From positions 85,374,001 to 85,438,000 of the forward strand of contig OX597816.1 of NCBI GenBank assembly GCA_951406725.2: a stretch of DNA of 64,000 nucleotides, written 5' to 3'. The translations under genes and the position numbers were made by a program. Below, one piece after another: positions 1 to 15,000 of the stretch (positions within the stretch are counted from its first letter, which is position 1; every line of letters begins with the position of its first letter). The notes below the pieces were generated by a model. That model saw only the letters and a list, made by a program, of their open reading frames with translations, was not told where the DNA came from and ran no database searches. Origin of the DNA: Octopus vulgaris (taxonomy: Eukaryota).

Positions 1-1577
1 CTACAGATTAATGCTCTCACTTTTTGAAGATTGAATGCTCTAAAAAAATGTGTTGAAGTTAAACTTTTACCAGTTCACAGAAGTATCAGATTATTCTAAC
101 GAAGATGTCACAAAAAAAAAAAAAAATACTACAGAAATTTATAAATGATCAACTTCCCATATAATAAATCTTATTTTGAGGAGAGATTGTCCTGATAATC
201 ATACGAATATCACACGAGGCTGACAATATATTCACATCATCAAAATAACAAAGGATACTGGTGAAAAGTCCTGTAAAAGCTGCAACCTGTTGCAACACAA
301 AATGCCATACATTGTTCGATGTTAAAGGAAGCGGAAAGCCTGTTAAAGGAAGCAAAAAGCCCGGCAGATATGAACGTTTAGCTCAAGATTGAAGGAAACA
401 TCATACTTAAAGCAGAAATAATAACATAGTATTCTTTTGACTAGGTAAAAGATATTTATTTGTATATATCGTTGGCGTGTACTGGACAATCCTTAAATTT
501 GCTATTTCTTACATTAAGATCACCGCTTCAGTATGTACACATAATCCCATATACTTCTGAAATACACGCGGAAACTCTCCTACAGCTATAGATAGTAATA
601 CAAATCACGTGATTAAATATTAAAATGACATATGCAATTTTACCCACAGGGTACATATATGCAAACATTTATCTTTATTTACATAAACCGTAAGAACTGC
701 GAAGAGTTTAATGATTACAATCTTGCCACTTCATTACTGAGCAACGTGTCTTCTAGAGATGAAAACCCTAAATAAATACCAAAGAAACCTACATATATTC
801 ATATCTGCATAGACATGCATACTGAAGTTGTTTGCTCATGTAAAAATGTAGCATTCTAGAAACGGAAAAATACATTGGATGTCCTTATCATTCTAAATGT
901 TATTATATGGTGCGAGAACAAAGCTAAGATTGCACGATTCGCGAATCGAAACCGCCAGTGCCAGTTAAACAATTATTGATTCGTTTGTATATAACCGTGG
1001 ATCAGATCATTTTAGCAAAAGTGAAACATAATGAAGTGGAATGAAATATATAATTAAACGTGTATAAATATATGAGTTTTGCCTGAATGATTTTATGATA
1101 TTAAGGCTTCGACAAATAAATGTACGAATGAATGAATGATTAAATTGTGAAAGTAATCGATATTATATAGGCGGTTCAACGAAAATTCATACCAAAAAGA
1201 GAAGAGGTAAAAGTAATACCTACAGGATATTTGGATAAATATCAACTTTGGCATATAGCGAATGTTAAATACATTCTGTTGAAGTGATTGAATGTAATGT
1301 CTTGGAATTTAGATTAATATAGTTTTCAGCTCCAAAACTAGTCAGCTTGGCACATTTATTTCCACCTTCAACAGTTGGTATGCAGAACATCACACTATGT
1401 GTATAATGCACATTGACATACACATACACAAAGAAATATATAAAAATATACATATTTTAAAATATAGTTAGCATTCTGTCTCAAGAAAAAAAAAGTATAC
1501 ACGAACACGGAAACTCAATATTACGAAAGCATAAACTCGGGAGTTTAGTCAAATCCACTCATATAAATACACATGCA

Positions 1578-1661
1578 TACTTACATACATACATACATAT
1601 ATATACACCTACAAACATATATGTATATGCATATATATTCTTATATAGATGCAAAAATATT

Positions 1662-1696
<35 letters not shown>

Positions 1697-1773
1697 GTAT
1701 GTATATACATATATATATCTTATATATATATATATATATATAGTGAGAGAGAGAGAAGGAGAGAGATGGATAG

Positions 1774-1831
<58 letters not shown>
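1578..1831. repeat. Compound microsatellite (TACA)n/(TA)n/(GATA)n/(GA)n
   Basis: Directly visible tandem simple repeats. Confidence 0.95.
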
Positions 1832-1834
<3 letters not shown>

Positions 1835-3059
1835 TTATATATAAATATGCATTTGCACGTGTTCAGAAATGTTTATATTCATGCATTCATAGGGAGAAAT
1901 CTTCTCATACATCTATTGAAGCACACATCCGCACTTATAACCATACTCATTAAATCACGCATAGTATCTTCATATAGATATATACATATACGCCTATTGT
2001 GATATGAGGAGAATTTTATACATTATCTCGAATAGAACTAATGTCACCTCTGGCCAGAAGATAGTGATAATAGCAATCTGTAGACTGGTCATTACAACTT
2101 CACAAATGAATAGCTACTTATTGCTGTGAGTTCAATTAAATTGTAGTTAATTATATGATTATAACCTTTGGCTAATTAGCAGAAGAGAGAAATTCTGACC
2201 AGTTGATTTAAATATTAGCGTTATGGTGCAGTTATGTCTTTCTGCATAGTAAAACTTTTAATAGACTAAACGTTAGTTGCAGCAGCGTTATTATTGGCGA
2301 AAGCAAAAACAGTCAGCAGGCGACTATGTGGCTTCCTTGCTATAGATTATCCCCTTTAGAGCATAACGTTCAAAGCTCAAATCCTTGTGCGCTTTTTACT
2401 ATTTTGTCTTCAATAAATAATTTGCAAGCAAATCACTGGAACTGTTCCAACGGCTACACCTCTACATTGATATGTGCACACATGCCAATAGTAAAAGCGT
2501 TATAATTATTTTTATTCACTAATGTTAGCTCATTCATACAGCTTATTCTTATCCAATTTTTAATCACAGCAAATTATATAACAAACACTGACACAGGCAA
2601 ATATTACGCCGTTGAGTCAAAGAAACTGACTATTATTTCGACAAGAATGTATTGACCGTACTTCTTTTGTAGCTATCACGGATCATGAAATCGAAAAACC
2701 TTCTTCTGCAGAATTTTTATGCAGAAAACGAAAATATTTATCCTAATGCTACAAAGAGTTTCCCCTGACATGTAAATTCGCTATTAAAACTAATAATTTC
2801 TCCACATGTACTACCAAAGTCCAAATATGAGACGATGGATATTAGTGACTTTATCGTTACCGATAGATGGTTAGTACTTTATCGATTGGTAGGCAAATGA
2901 ATCTTCGGCGGGATTTGAAACCAACGTAAGTGGCTGAAAATACATGATGCAATGCTTCCTTTCAGTTGATTTGATGATGTTGCTGATCACCTCCATGTTT
3001 CTGGTGCTTGACAATATTACGAGTGAGATGTCCGCATATATTTGCTGACTTTTTCCTCA

Positions 3060-3980
3060 TTCTAGATCATACGACGTGTCCCTCAAAAACTTCTAACTCC
3101 TAAAGGTGTAGCTCGCGCACCAGAACCGATCGAATGATATTGAACACTATTTCCCAAGTGGCGTCTCTACTATACAAATCCCTCGAACGTCTTTCATTCT
3201 CCCATACCTTATAGCACGCGTCCTAAATCTGTCAATGCAACCTTCTTGAGTTACGTTGATGTACTGAATATACATTAATCTTACCACTAGCTGCCTGGCA
3301 CAATTGCTTCCGTAGGCGTCACTTCTGAGTCACCAACTAGCTCTCTCTTTAGAATTATCAATCATTATTACTAAACCTTATGAGTCCTAATCTGTTTTGT
3401 TATTTTTTTGTTATTATTTTTCATGCAAAACTACCACCAATGGTTAACGATTGTCTCCACGAAACCCGTCTTAACTATTTCATCGGGACAGATGGGTTCA
3501 GTGTCCCATCCTTTGAAGCCTACCTAGCGCCACAGTGCAAATGGAGCTAACCAATATGAATTGTGGACACGCTACTCTATCACTGTTTGCAGACCTACAG
3601 TATACTGTTTCTGGATACGGGTTGGATGAATTAATGCTGTTTGTCCATGACTATATTGGCGCATTCACGAAATCTATTCGTGACCTATGAAACAGCCGGA
3701 AATGTCGGAGCAGATGTGCGATGATTGGGAACATGACTACTCTATCACCTTAGCTCACACAATCCAAATAAACATCCAAGATGCAGTACCAATCACCCAT
3801 TAAAAATAAAGAGAGAGCTGTTTCAAGAAACTGCAAGAAGTTTGAAGAAGACTGGCCGCCTCTAATCTGTCGGTTACTAATCTGATTACTTTGTCACTGT
3901 TTAAGTTCAGGACAACTAAGTTACCATCTGTATCCTAGAAACTCGACCGTGTCTTGAAACCCAGGCTTACTGAATCAACT
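3060..3980 (+). pseudogene. Possible highly decayed Penelope-like reverse transcriptase remnant
   Basis: Fragments resemble PLE RT motifs in the right order across frameshifts: TFLSYVDV..Y.NLP (~3240-3285; cf. SFDVxSLYTNIP), QMGS (~3489) and W.R..D (~3611). Followed by a 117-bp direct repeat. Confidence 0.3.
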
Positions 3981-3984
3981 TTGA

Positions 3985-4756
3985 GACAAAGTTAAATATC
4001 ATAGACACAAAACATCTACTAAATATACCATCCTTACAGAATAAGCTTGACGGCCGGAAAGATATACAGAGATATGTTGGCAGCGCATTAGAGACACCAA
4101 TCCACCTAACTCATCTGAGATTTGTCATGTATAGCTTTGGAAATTGATAATGTCTTACGTCTTTGCTTTGAAAAATTTGATGATATGGTAGTTGATCTTT
4201 GCCATACTGCACATGTCAATAACAATGATTTTTCAAACATAAATGCTTTCTTAGAGGTAGGATATAAAAGTTTGAAGGAATTACGGACGCATGACTCTTC
4301 AAACTAGCGTTTTATCACTTGAATCTTCGTAATCTAAAATATTCTCTATAATATAACAATTAACAGTATCATTTAACAGAACGAAAAAGAACAATCTAAT
4401 CCCTGTAATGTGGAAAACGTATCTACCCAAATCGAAACAACTATGTTATAAAATCAATAAACAAAAGTGCTTCTAACACTAACATATTCTCTCTGAAGAG
4501 CGAGGGGTTTCAACAACTTTCAATCAGAAACCTCTATAAGGCTTAAATTTTCCCTTGCTGATATTTGAAAACTGAATGAAACTAATTTCCTCTTCATTAA
4601 GAAATATGCAATGCCGGCTAAAGGACAAACATTTGTGGTGACAAAGTTAAATATCATAGACAGAAGACATCTATTAAATATACCATCCTTACAGTATAAG
4701 CTTGACGCCAGGAAAGATATATAGAGATAAGTTGGCAGCGCATTAGAGACACCAAT
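3985..4756 (+). repeat. Direct repeat of ~117 bp (3985-4101 and 4640-4756), period 655 bp; pLTR-like partial tandem
   Basis: gacaaagttaaatatcatagac...gttggcagcgcattagagacaccaat occurs twice with a few substitutions. Confidence 0.85.
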
Positions 4757-6309
4757 GTGAAATGTCGGAAGAGTGTATTTAATAACGTCCATAGCATTTC
4801 AATGCGGTAGAATGGTGGTTACGTGCACTTATTCGGTGCGATCGATAAACGGATGGCAAAGGAATTATATTTTCGGCACGAAAATTCTGATAACAAATTA
4901 GAATAGACTTCGATCAGTTTTAATCTAAACACAAGATAGAAGCGACATTAGACACACTACTAGGATACAAGTTAACCATATTAATAAGACATAGTGGCAT
5001 GCAGTTATATGGCCACTGATTTTGTGAAATTAATGCCGCATATGTATTTAAAAAAGGAAATAAATTTCTCGTCTGGGTGTAGGAGTCTGGCCTGAGAGTA
5101 ATAATACCGAAAAATCAACAGCGATTGAAAGAAATATCTACAACTCAGCAATACAGAAGATAATAGTTGACTGTGTGGTGCCTTTCCTGAAACACTCGCC
5201 GGAATGAAAATGATTGTCATATAAATTACAATTGCTGTTCTGCATATACCTACCACCAATATTTCAGCTGATGTATTTATGTGAATCACAACCGCGCGTA
5301 TAATATGATAATGCGAAAATAATATGGGAAATTTTATCAACAGATTGTGCATAATAAATCTGTTGTGTCTCTCCATTTCATAAATGGCAACATCCTATTA
5401 ATTAATATCGTTGCAATATCGAGATCAAATTTGCCTGTCATATCTCTCCGTGGTTGATAATTAAAGAACCAGTTAAGTACTAATAGCGATGCTATCGACT
5501 ATGATTAAATTAGAAGCAATTACTATCGGTACCAAGGGAGATAAATACTTCAGTAATACCAGCATTTCAAAGGAGATAAATATTTGCTCACAAAGTGTCT
5601 AATTGTACAGAAGCAAGCTGGAACGTTACAGAACAACTGTGAACAGCCTGATGAATTAGAAACATTATGGCACTTATGGATTTTGTTAATCAGCCCATTT
5701 GTAATTAATTATGTTTCCTGGAGTGATGTTCAACCATTTTTGTAAGGACATTCATAAGCCATGCATCTCAAAAGACATAACCGGGTTTCACTCAATAGAA
5801 ATACTAGTTAGATCACTCGCACACATCGTTTGTTGAACGTCAAAATTTTTCCGGAACTCAAGTGTGTGCGTTAACAATAAATGTAATTGCTAGCCTTGAA
5901 CATGTATCTAGCAATGAATATTCTTCTTAAATATGTTTGCATATTTTCCATAAAACACTTTCTGGAAATGTAAGTGTAATTGCAAATGGTTTGTACGTGT
6001 ATTCCAAGATGTACGCAATTCATGTTTTCAGAAAAGAAACGCATCATATACATCTTCAAGCAGGAACAGTAAAGGTAATAGTAACAATAGTAAGAACAGA
6101 ATTAATATAAACCGAGAATATACATTTAAAACCCAGTGTTGTGAATTTAATCGACAAGAGCAGTTTCCAAGTATATATTTCATCGACCTAAGGTAAGGGA
6201 ATATCTATTGTAAATCTGTATCTGATATTGCTGTAGTGGGCGCAATCACAAATAATATGAAAAAGAGATCACAGAATAAATTCCTCGTTATTCTTATCGG
6301 TATCATAAA

Positions 6310-6680
6310 GAGGGCGATTTGGTCGATTCGTTAATATACTGGACAAAATGCTTAGCTCTCTGTGGTCGATCTTTACGTTCTGCGGTCAATTTTCAGCGAG
6401 TTTGAATTTCCATTTCATTATTTCTGTGTCCATAATATAAGTACCAGTTTGCGCACTATGGTTGATGTGCCTATAGAAGAAAGAATTATTTTCTGCACCA
6501 TAAGAGCATTTGATCGGAAGGATCGTTAGATTGTCGAACAAAAGGCTTGCTGAATTAAGGTTTTGAGTTCAAATCACGCCGATATCAACTTTGTCTTTCG
6601 CCCTTCCGTGATAGATAAAATAAAGTACTTATCAAATACTAGAGTAACTTCATCGGCTAAAATCCTCCCTCAAAATTATT
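6310..6680 (+). mobile_element. Two tandem decayed copies of an old tRNA-derived SINE family
   Basis: Repeated motif order: tcgtta..ac/gaacaaaa.gctt, gagttcaaat..cgccga (B-box-like), ctttcat/cctt..gataaaataagtac. Same family as the copies at 26.3-27.2 kb and 41.7 kb. Confidence 0.6.
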
Positions 6681-9600
6681 GATTTTATTATTAATCAAAT
6701 GCAATTATATTTAAGTCCCAGGGGTAGGCAAAAACCGCAGTAATATCAAAGTTTTCAAGATTTGACAAGAGGTAATAGTAATAATAGTAAGAATATGTGG
6801 TCACCAGTTAATTAAGTATTAAATTAGAACGAATAAGATATCTGGACATTGTAATATGTTATAGATTATAGAAACCGCTAACTAGAAAGAAACCAAATTT
6901 AAAGAATAATGCTTCTAAACTCTTCGATATATGGAAAGGTTCGAATGATATACGTAACTGAAGTCTAGATTATCGACTAGAATGCTCAAAAAATGCATTC
7001 CTAGAAGTAAACTCGGGAACAAAATCACCTGAATGCTGTTCAGTGGGTTATCTTTACAACGGTGTCGATAGTGGTATGATCCATAATGCACAATATATCA
7101 GTCGTTCGTCAGAAATCATCAAGTCAAGGATCTTGGTGGAGTATTGCTGTGAGCCTACCTCATTGTATGTTGAGTAACATTCAGCTGAAGGTTTGGACAT
7201 AACCAGGATATTAGCAACTACAATTAATTATTTTTGTTGTTATTACTGTCCAAATGTGTCTTCATCTTTCACAAATCCCACTTTTGATTTGGAGTGCATC
7301 TTTGCTTCTCTTGCTAGTATTTTAGTGTTCCAATGTCTTCGGTGGAGAAGTTTTGCTGTCTTTCGTCTTGAAAGGTCTTTTTTTCTCTTTTGTATAGTAC
7401 TCTTCAGAACATACAACCATTGCACACGTTCTAAAGGACGTTTTTTCCCTTCTTTCCACAAAACTTATATATAGTTCTATCTTCTACAAAGTATAATAAG
7501 CATAGATAGACAAATATATATACATATATCCATACATACATACAGACAGACAGACATACAGACAGACAGTGAGATAGAGACAGACGGATAGATAAATAGA
7601 TAAAATATAAACATACATAGTAATGTTCTCAATGTCATCTCATCCTTAGTTACACTAGAATAGTCGAACAATTTACAGAAACAATAAAAAAGTAACTTTA
7701 TCCAACAGAGGTAATTAATTTCCCGAAAATTCGTAGACACATCTGGCTTGTACAATAGTTAATAATGACGATATTTATTGCACGTGGCTATAAATATAGT
7801 TGATTAAATTGATTCCAGTAATTGTGTAGAATTTACATTATCGACCTCGAAATGTTTAAAAGCAAAATCGATATCGCTAAGTTTGAATTCCCTGTATAAT
7901 ATTTAGATGTCAGTAACCTTTAATGATTGCTCTCCTGGGAAAATTCTTCTTTGACACACTAAGTATGTTTCGCCAAGAAATAGGTACCGGTTTATGGGAA
8001 CTCATTCAGTCTATGGTGATTTTTTTTGTTTCCATTTGTTTAAACATTGTAAGAGGTTATTTCCTTCGAATACGAAGTTGAGAATTCTACTAATTAAATG
8101 TTACTATTATTCGAATATTTATCATATATTGGCGCACTTTCCATCATTCTGAAGTTATATACCTCATGCCTATTCCTATAACTAAAGAAACAATATTTTA
8201 GTTAGACAAAGAAATATCAAGTGTCAGCAAAGAGACGTCACACTTGCATGCATGCATTCCAAATTAAGATTCTTTACTCGGTATTGTGCTATTTATCGAA
8301 AGATCATTCACTTCCATAGTGGCACTTCAATGATGTGATCAGCTACTGAAGAACAGATGATTACATGCAATTTTGGAAACGTGCAAACCAGAATTCGTTT
8401 TAGTTAAATGAAATTGAATTTATTAACGATGCTCTGTATTGTTTGAAATGTGAGGTATTTAAACAGAACTCTCTCTTTCATTAAAAGCTTCATTAACGGT
8501 ATTCTTTATCAAATACTAAACACTATTGTTTGAAATCAATTTAGATGAATTAAATTATGCACGGAAGCTAGGAAAAACCAACTAATCCTTCTAGCAGTTA
8601 AAGTGGATTGAAGTGTTTCAACAAACTGCTTTCAAATGATATTCTATATAGAAACATAATACAGTTTTATATTTCAAGATTATTTTCATGGCAAATAATT
8701 CTGCTTAAACGATGGTAACTGCTGCTCTTCTAGTAGATGTTTAGGTTAAGTAATAAACCTCGATCAAAAGTTATCTCATTCTATATTTAGAGAATAAATA
8801 CATTCCTAGTTTAGAGAGTAATGGACTTCATGGGCGTACAATTTCTTCTGTTCTATTTGAGCCTTTGCGTTTTTAATTTTGGGCAATTTCAACTGCGATT
8901 TTGTAAATCATTCTTGCTTTTTACTCAAATATTTTCAGTAAAGTGGGAGGGTTAAACAACGTTAAATTGGAATCCACTACATAACTGCGAGTTCCCCATA
9001 AAGCTAAAATATTTATGAAATGAATGAGAGTTATATAACCTCATTTCTTCTTCACTAACATATATAGTGATCAGATTGGCAAGAAAGCTGTGAAATCGGT
9101 TTTATTTCATAATAGTATTTCATAATAGCATTCATGTTATGCTTAGTTGATATAAATAATAAATCATTTTCCTATTTCTTATGAATTCTATATTGGGATA
9201 TGAGTAGAAAACTTTTTGATTGGAGTCTTGTAACTGGTCAGTAACTATATGAAACGTTATAAAATGCACTTATGCTAATCTGATTTTACGAATATTAAAT
9301 GAATATTTCATATAAGATTTAGTCTTCATAAATGAAAGGTCCAAGATATTTTACCATACAATTTAGATTGCAATTTGCAAGAATTCTCAATTCATTTGAT
9401 AATGATTTAATATTAACCCAAACATAATCATGTTGTGCGCAGTAATAATGTAGATAATCTGTTTTTACTTTCCTGTGATTATTTTGTTAAGCAAACTTTA
9501 GCCGAATATTCAAGGTATCTTCACACAAATATAAAATTTATGTCTAATTTGAACAAATTATGATATATTTGAACGTATTTAGTGGGGTTCAGGCACTTAT

Positions 9601-10264
9601 AGATTTCCTTCCTACAAATTGACTTACAGACACCAAATTTGGGTATCACCTACATCAATCTTACCATGGTCCTTGGCCTCTGGCCGTCTTCTGCTGATAT
9701 AATGATAACGTTGACGCATATAGTACAGAAAGGAGACTATAATCATATAGCGAAATACAAAATGATGGTAGATGCGACATAGTCTACTTGATTATTATCC
9801 ATTCAATTTTAAATAACACAGAAACTTCAAAGAAAAAACACTTGAAAACTTGCAATAATTACCAGGAACGATCTTATTTTCAAAGACCACATGCGGTGAC
9901 ACGGTTCGTCAGAGACCTTTAGACGAAAGAAGTAGTGGCTGAACTCAATCAGCAGGAAGCAACAGTTGGTCATTGAGTAGACATCGCTACAAACGACCTA
10001 GTCTGTATCAGCAACCAAGCAAAGCAAATCTAAAGTGCCTTATTTAGATAGCAACTTTGTTACAACGTTATCATTATTTCAAGGGAACTAAAATTTCTGT
10101 AACATTAAACTATAGCAATATTTAGTTGAAGTGATTATTATGGAGAAAACTAAAACATTTTAGACAAGTAAAACTAGTAACACATTTATTTAATAATTAC
10201 TAGGATAGTGATCAACGCAACCACAAACCACCTGGTGCTTACATAAGCTGCAACACACACACAA

Positions 10265-10313
10265 GTGTATTTACATATTTACATGTATACATGTATTTAT
10301 ATACATACATATA

Positions 10314-10386
<73 letters not shown>

Positions 10387-10422
10387 TATATATCATATAT
10401 ATATATACACACATACACATAT
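10265..10422. repeat. (TA)n/(CA)n microsatellite
   Basis: Direct. Confidence 0.95.
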
Positions 10423-10974
10423 ATTTGAGCATGAGTTTGTGGGGGTCGAGTGTGTGTACGTGTGTTTGTGTATGGCTGTGTATCTCATCTAATGAAAATA
10501 ACTAGATACTAGTCAGTTAATAATAAGTTGTACTTATTGATCAATACAATAATAATCTTTACATAAATAATTAAACTAAAAAAAATGAAATACTTCAGAC
10601 AAAGCAAAAACACCAAAAGCGTCAACAAACGCTAAATAACACCAGAAATTGCTAAAAACAGCTCTTAAAGAGAATAATAATTTATGTAGAAGCAATCACA
10701 ACAATATAAGAGAAATATAGCTATTTTCTAATTTTTCTGTCCGACGTTAATATGCACTTGACTAGCTTAAATAAATAAATAAATTTCAGCTAATATTTGA
10801 TAAGTGTTAACATAATTAATGCTATTAATAGTTGTCTTCCTATCTATGCAGTAAATAATTAAATATATAATTTCAAGTAAATGTAAGCTAAAGTAGGGGT
10901 AGTGGTCTGCGTCAGCAAGACTTTTATTATTTGGTAAAAGTAGTAGTAAAATGTTTCCTTTTATTTTCATTCTT

Positions 10975-11527
10975 CTATTTGTTTCAGTCATTTGATTGCA
11001 GCCATGCAGGAGCATCGCCTTTAGTTGAACAAAGCGACTCCAGGACTTAGTCTTTGTAAGCCTAGTAATTATTTTTCGGTCTCTTTTGCCGATCTGCTAT
11101 TATGTACTGTCGTTACTGTCCTGTTTTTGTTACCATTTTTACCCCTCCGCAAAAAGATCTCAAATTTTATTGAATTTGCTTTTCGCGGGAAGGAAAGTTT
11201 CTATCGAAGATGCGTATCGCCTTCACATTCGAAACGCAGAGTAGATGAAACCATGGCGACTGAAAAAAGGGAATTTTTCTTGTGTTATTTGTTCTGTACT
11301 CTATTGTTGTTAAAGAAAAATGTCCAGTTCCTTGGTTTTGTGTTTATGTTTTCCTTTCGCATTGTGTTCGACGTTTTTTTGGTGTCCTGTACTCATATAT
11401 GCGTGTACTCATATATGTCCTGTACTCATATATCCTGTACTCATATATGTCCTGTACTCATATACACATGTAGAGGTATGTACGTACATATATGTATGTA
11501 TATATGCATATGTTTTATTTATTAATT

Positions 11528-11572
<45 letters not shown>

Positions 11573-11705
11573 TACACGACGGGCTTCTTTCAGTTTCCGT
11601 CTACCAAATCCATTCACAAGGCTTTGATCGGCCCGAGGCCATATTAGAAGACACCTGCCCAAGGGTCCACGCAGTGGGACTGAACCGGGAACCATGTGGT
11701 AGGTG
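10975..11705 (-). mobile_element. tRNA-derived SINE (family A), split: tail 10975-11100, head-side part 11575-11705, middle replaced by unrelated sequence
   Basis: Matches the full copy at 53103-53526 (gtttcagtcatttga..., cgacgggcttctttcagtttccgtctaccaaatcc...). Confidence 0.85.
11383..11465 (+). repeat. Minisatellite, ~5 copies of 15-17 bp (gtcctgtactcatatat)
   Basis: Direct reading. Confidence 0.85.
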
Positions 11706-11759
11706 AAATTTGTTCGATATATAATATAACGTAGCAGGGACGAAGAAAGTTTATACACG

Positions 11760-12020
11760 ATGCACTACTATTAACATTACAGGAGACTCAACGCTCATAA
11801 TCACAGCTCGCAGTGAACTTTTCATCAACCCAAACTTACTATCACTCACAGCTCTAGTTTATAATAATGAGCCAGTCCAACTTTTGTCACTCAGTAGGTG
11901 GTTGGAATCCTTCCACATCAAAATTGCCATTGGGTGTGGATTGTCAATTATTTCGAACAAGTTTCTCTTTAAGATAAATCAGACAAGGGGAAACGAAAGG
12001 CATTAGAATTTCAGGCATTT
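11760..12020 (+). pseudogene. Possible decayed LINE AP-endonuclease fragment
   Basis: aacattacaggagactcaacgctcat reads ITGD-NAH across a frameshift (cf. GDFNAH), followed by an INEP-TF-like segment. Confidence 0.3.
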
Positions 12021-13759
12021 CATGTTTGAAAGAAAATCTGTAATGGAAGGGAGATTCAAAACATCGTAAGCGCGCAAACGTAGGTAGGATATACTTCGGG
12101 GAAGAGAAACTCGGTGAGAGATGGTCAAAGAGGAGAAATAAAAACTGGAAGAGAAACTAACGATGATGACGTAAATTCACTGGTGAAGTAAGAACAGATG
12201 AAGGAGCAGGAGGTAAAACGTATAACCATATACGCATTGGACGAGCATTCGGTTAAAATAAAAATGTGTTCATACTTTTTAATGTATATACAAATTCAAA
12301 CGTCTCTAGTTACAAAATTTAGTTTGCAGAAATTCGCTTTAAAACGGGGTATAATATTTGGATATGGTTCAATGTAGAGATTAAGCAAATTCGAAACTTT
12401 AGTAGGCTGGCTATTGATAGCGGAGGGTACAGAAAGCAAAGTGCTTTAGAACATGACTGATAAAAGCTAGTATGGTGACATATAGATGTGTTAGACTAGT
12501 GTAATCTTTTAATCCTTACACATCTACACCAATATAGCCGATACAACAAATTCGCTCCTCTCTATTTTACTATTCATGTAAAGACGACCAATGTCCTTTC
12601 TTCTGAGGCAACTTGAGAATCATGGTTCTGTGAAACCTTGAAGTCACCGTCATAGATCCTTTAATAAATACTTTTATTCTTATGGCCATATTGAATTCAT
12701 TATTCGGATGTTTTTGTTTTTATATATATTTTGAAATGCCATCGAAATTCGATTAAGGGTGCTCATATTTTTCAATCTATAGAAAAGTTGGAAAATTTTA
12801 TATCTTTCTGGATTGAGGTCGCAGTCGACTGCCTGCTGGTATCAAATTAGGTGTCAAACACTTACAATATGCAAATTAATAGTTCCAGGTGTCTGAAGTT
12901 ACAGGATTTGCTGAGTATATAAACAGATTGTCTGCTGGCTTTTTTTTTCCTAGAATTTGAAAACTGATAAAGACACCAGTGATGAGAAACCTATAAGATA
13001 GGAATATCGCTTAAGGATTTTCGTCTTGTTTCTCCCAATCTACGGAGAAAATGTCTACATTTGATCCTCTTTATATATGTACTGCATGGGTTATATATTA
13101 GTAAGCATACATATGTACGTTGACACACTCATATGTTTGTTTGTTTGCATGTGTGTGTTTCTGTAAATAAATAAATATATATATATGATGTATTTGTGTT
13201 CCTATGTGTCTACGTGAGTATGCCTGCATGTATCGATGCATTCATTGATGTTTATATTGGCAGGGAAATCACATCAATCATTCCGATCTCTGTGTGCCAA
13301 ACGCATTAGCTTGTCACTAACATTACTTAACTGGTTTAATTCTTATTCTTTCATTCTGGTTTCTTTTTAATGCTACTTTGGATGTTAAACTTATGTTATT
13401 ATCTTCTATTCTGTAATGGAAAGTGTTATTTTGTTACTATTTATATGTCAGAAATTAGATTTCTTTCTGATCTTCACTTACATGCATTGTTATTAAAGTA
13501 CATTCGACTTGTACAGTACTTATAATATTTACACTAGTTTTACTGGCTTTTTTAATTGTGATTTTTATGAGTGCTGTTCTTATACCTTCGTTCTTATTAA
13601 TATTTTCCGAGTCTTGCTATCTCTCTTCTAATTTTTCTTCGTCATTGCTATTATATCTCCAGATCCACCTTTCCGTCCTGCTATCCTAACAGCTATCTCC
13701 TCATCGCATTCAGCATATTCATTTTTACGTTTGATGTTCTCTTTGTTATTGTTCTTTTG

Positions 13760-13897
13760 TTTCTTCCTCCTCCTCCTTCTCCTCCTTCTCCTCCCTCCTC
13801 CTCCTCCTCCTCCTTCCCCTTCTTCATTTTCTTGTTGCTGCTGTCGTTATTGTTGTTGTTGTTGTTGTTGTTTTCTTCTTCTTCTTCTTCTTCTTCG
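13760..13897. repeat. Compound trinucleotide repeat (CCT)n/(GTT)n/(CTT)n
   Basis: Direct. Confidence 0.9.
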
Positions 13898-14639
13898 TTG
13901 GCACCTTTTAACTATATTCTTTTATCTTTACCCGCGACACCAAATCTCCCGGTACACCAAGTCACCTTTAGAACAAACTCACTTCTAATCATATTTACAC
14001 TCCCTACTAACTTCTTAACTTGTCTGTTTACGTTTCATAATTAAAGATATATAGGACACTGTTAAAACAAGAAAAATTCACGATAAAAGCTGGTCTTTAA
14101 TACACAACGGGAAATTTTCTTAGATGCATATAGTTACACTTTACAACAGGCAATATTATTCATACAGAGATTAATAAACCCCTATAAAGAACGTTCAATA
14201 TTATTTATACACTGAATAATATGTGCTTTACAGCTGTATAGGGGCTTGCATGTGGCAAACATTCTTCGTGCCTTGTGTTGTTATGTTCGTTCATTCATGT
14301 TTGTGGAGAATAAATTTTTTTTTTCTGCGGTTGCATGTAAACTTATTAATAGCATTCACGAACCAGTAACAGAAGCTTTATTTACTGTACATAGGATTGC
14401 TTTCGTTTGGGTATTTGGATGAAAATAAAAACCTAAAATTTCTACACACCAGAAGAGATATACTACAGGAGTCTACGATAAAATAGCTGGTGCTTATGAA
14501 TCTGTGATTAGCTTGTCACAACTGTGAAAATATTCATATTAAATCCATGATGTCAATCAATATCTGTACTTTTCATTTGCTCGGCTTTTAACGGAAAATG
14601 AGAATGGAGTCGTAACAATCACTACCTCTACATCCTGAA

Positions 14640-15000
14640 CTTATCACAAAAAATCCACCTTTATGTAAGGTTCATTAGAGGGTTCTAGAAAGTTTATTCA
14701 CGCGATGGCTTTTCCTGGTTGGTCGGTTAATCGGCCGATCACATGAAATGAGAGTAATCTCAACGTGACACCCGCATTGCTGTACAGCAGTTTGGTTTCG
14801 AATCTGCTACATATTCGGTATAACATCTGCACAAGGAAGTTCACTAAATGACTAAAATATTCCACATTTGATAATTCACTTTCCAATCGGCTGTTAATCT
14901 CTCTCCACGGTTATGTTTCATCCTCACTGACTGAAATATATTCCTTCGTTACGTACCCGCCTCCACTTATTTGCATGGCTTTTCTCCTTCCGTAATCATT
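14640..15000 (-). pseudogene. Decayed RTE-like LINE RT/thumb fragment
   Basis: ELSNVEYFSHL resembles the LxxVxxFxYLG motif of RTE-clade ORFs; frameshifted. Confidence 0.35.

Noticed and set aside
7193-7474. Overlapping ORFs of 93 and 72 aa
   Set aside because: No recognisable motif or convincing splice signals.
11383-11465. CRISPR-like array
   Set aside because: Contiguous minisatellite without spacers, in a eukaryotic context.
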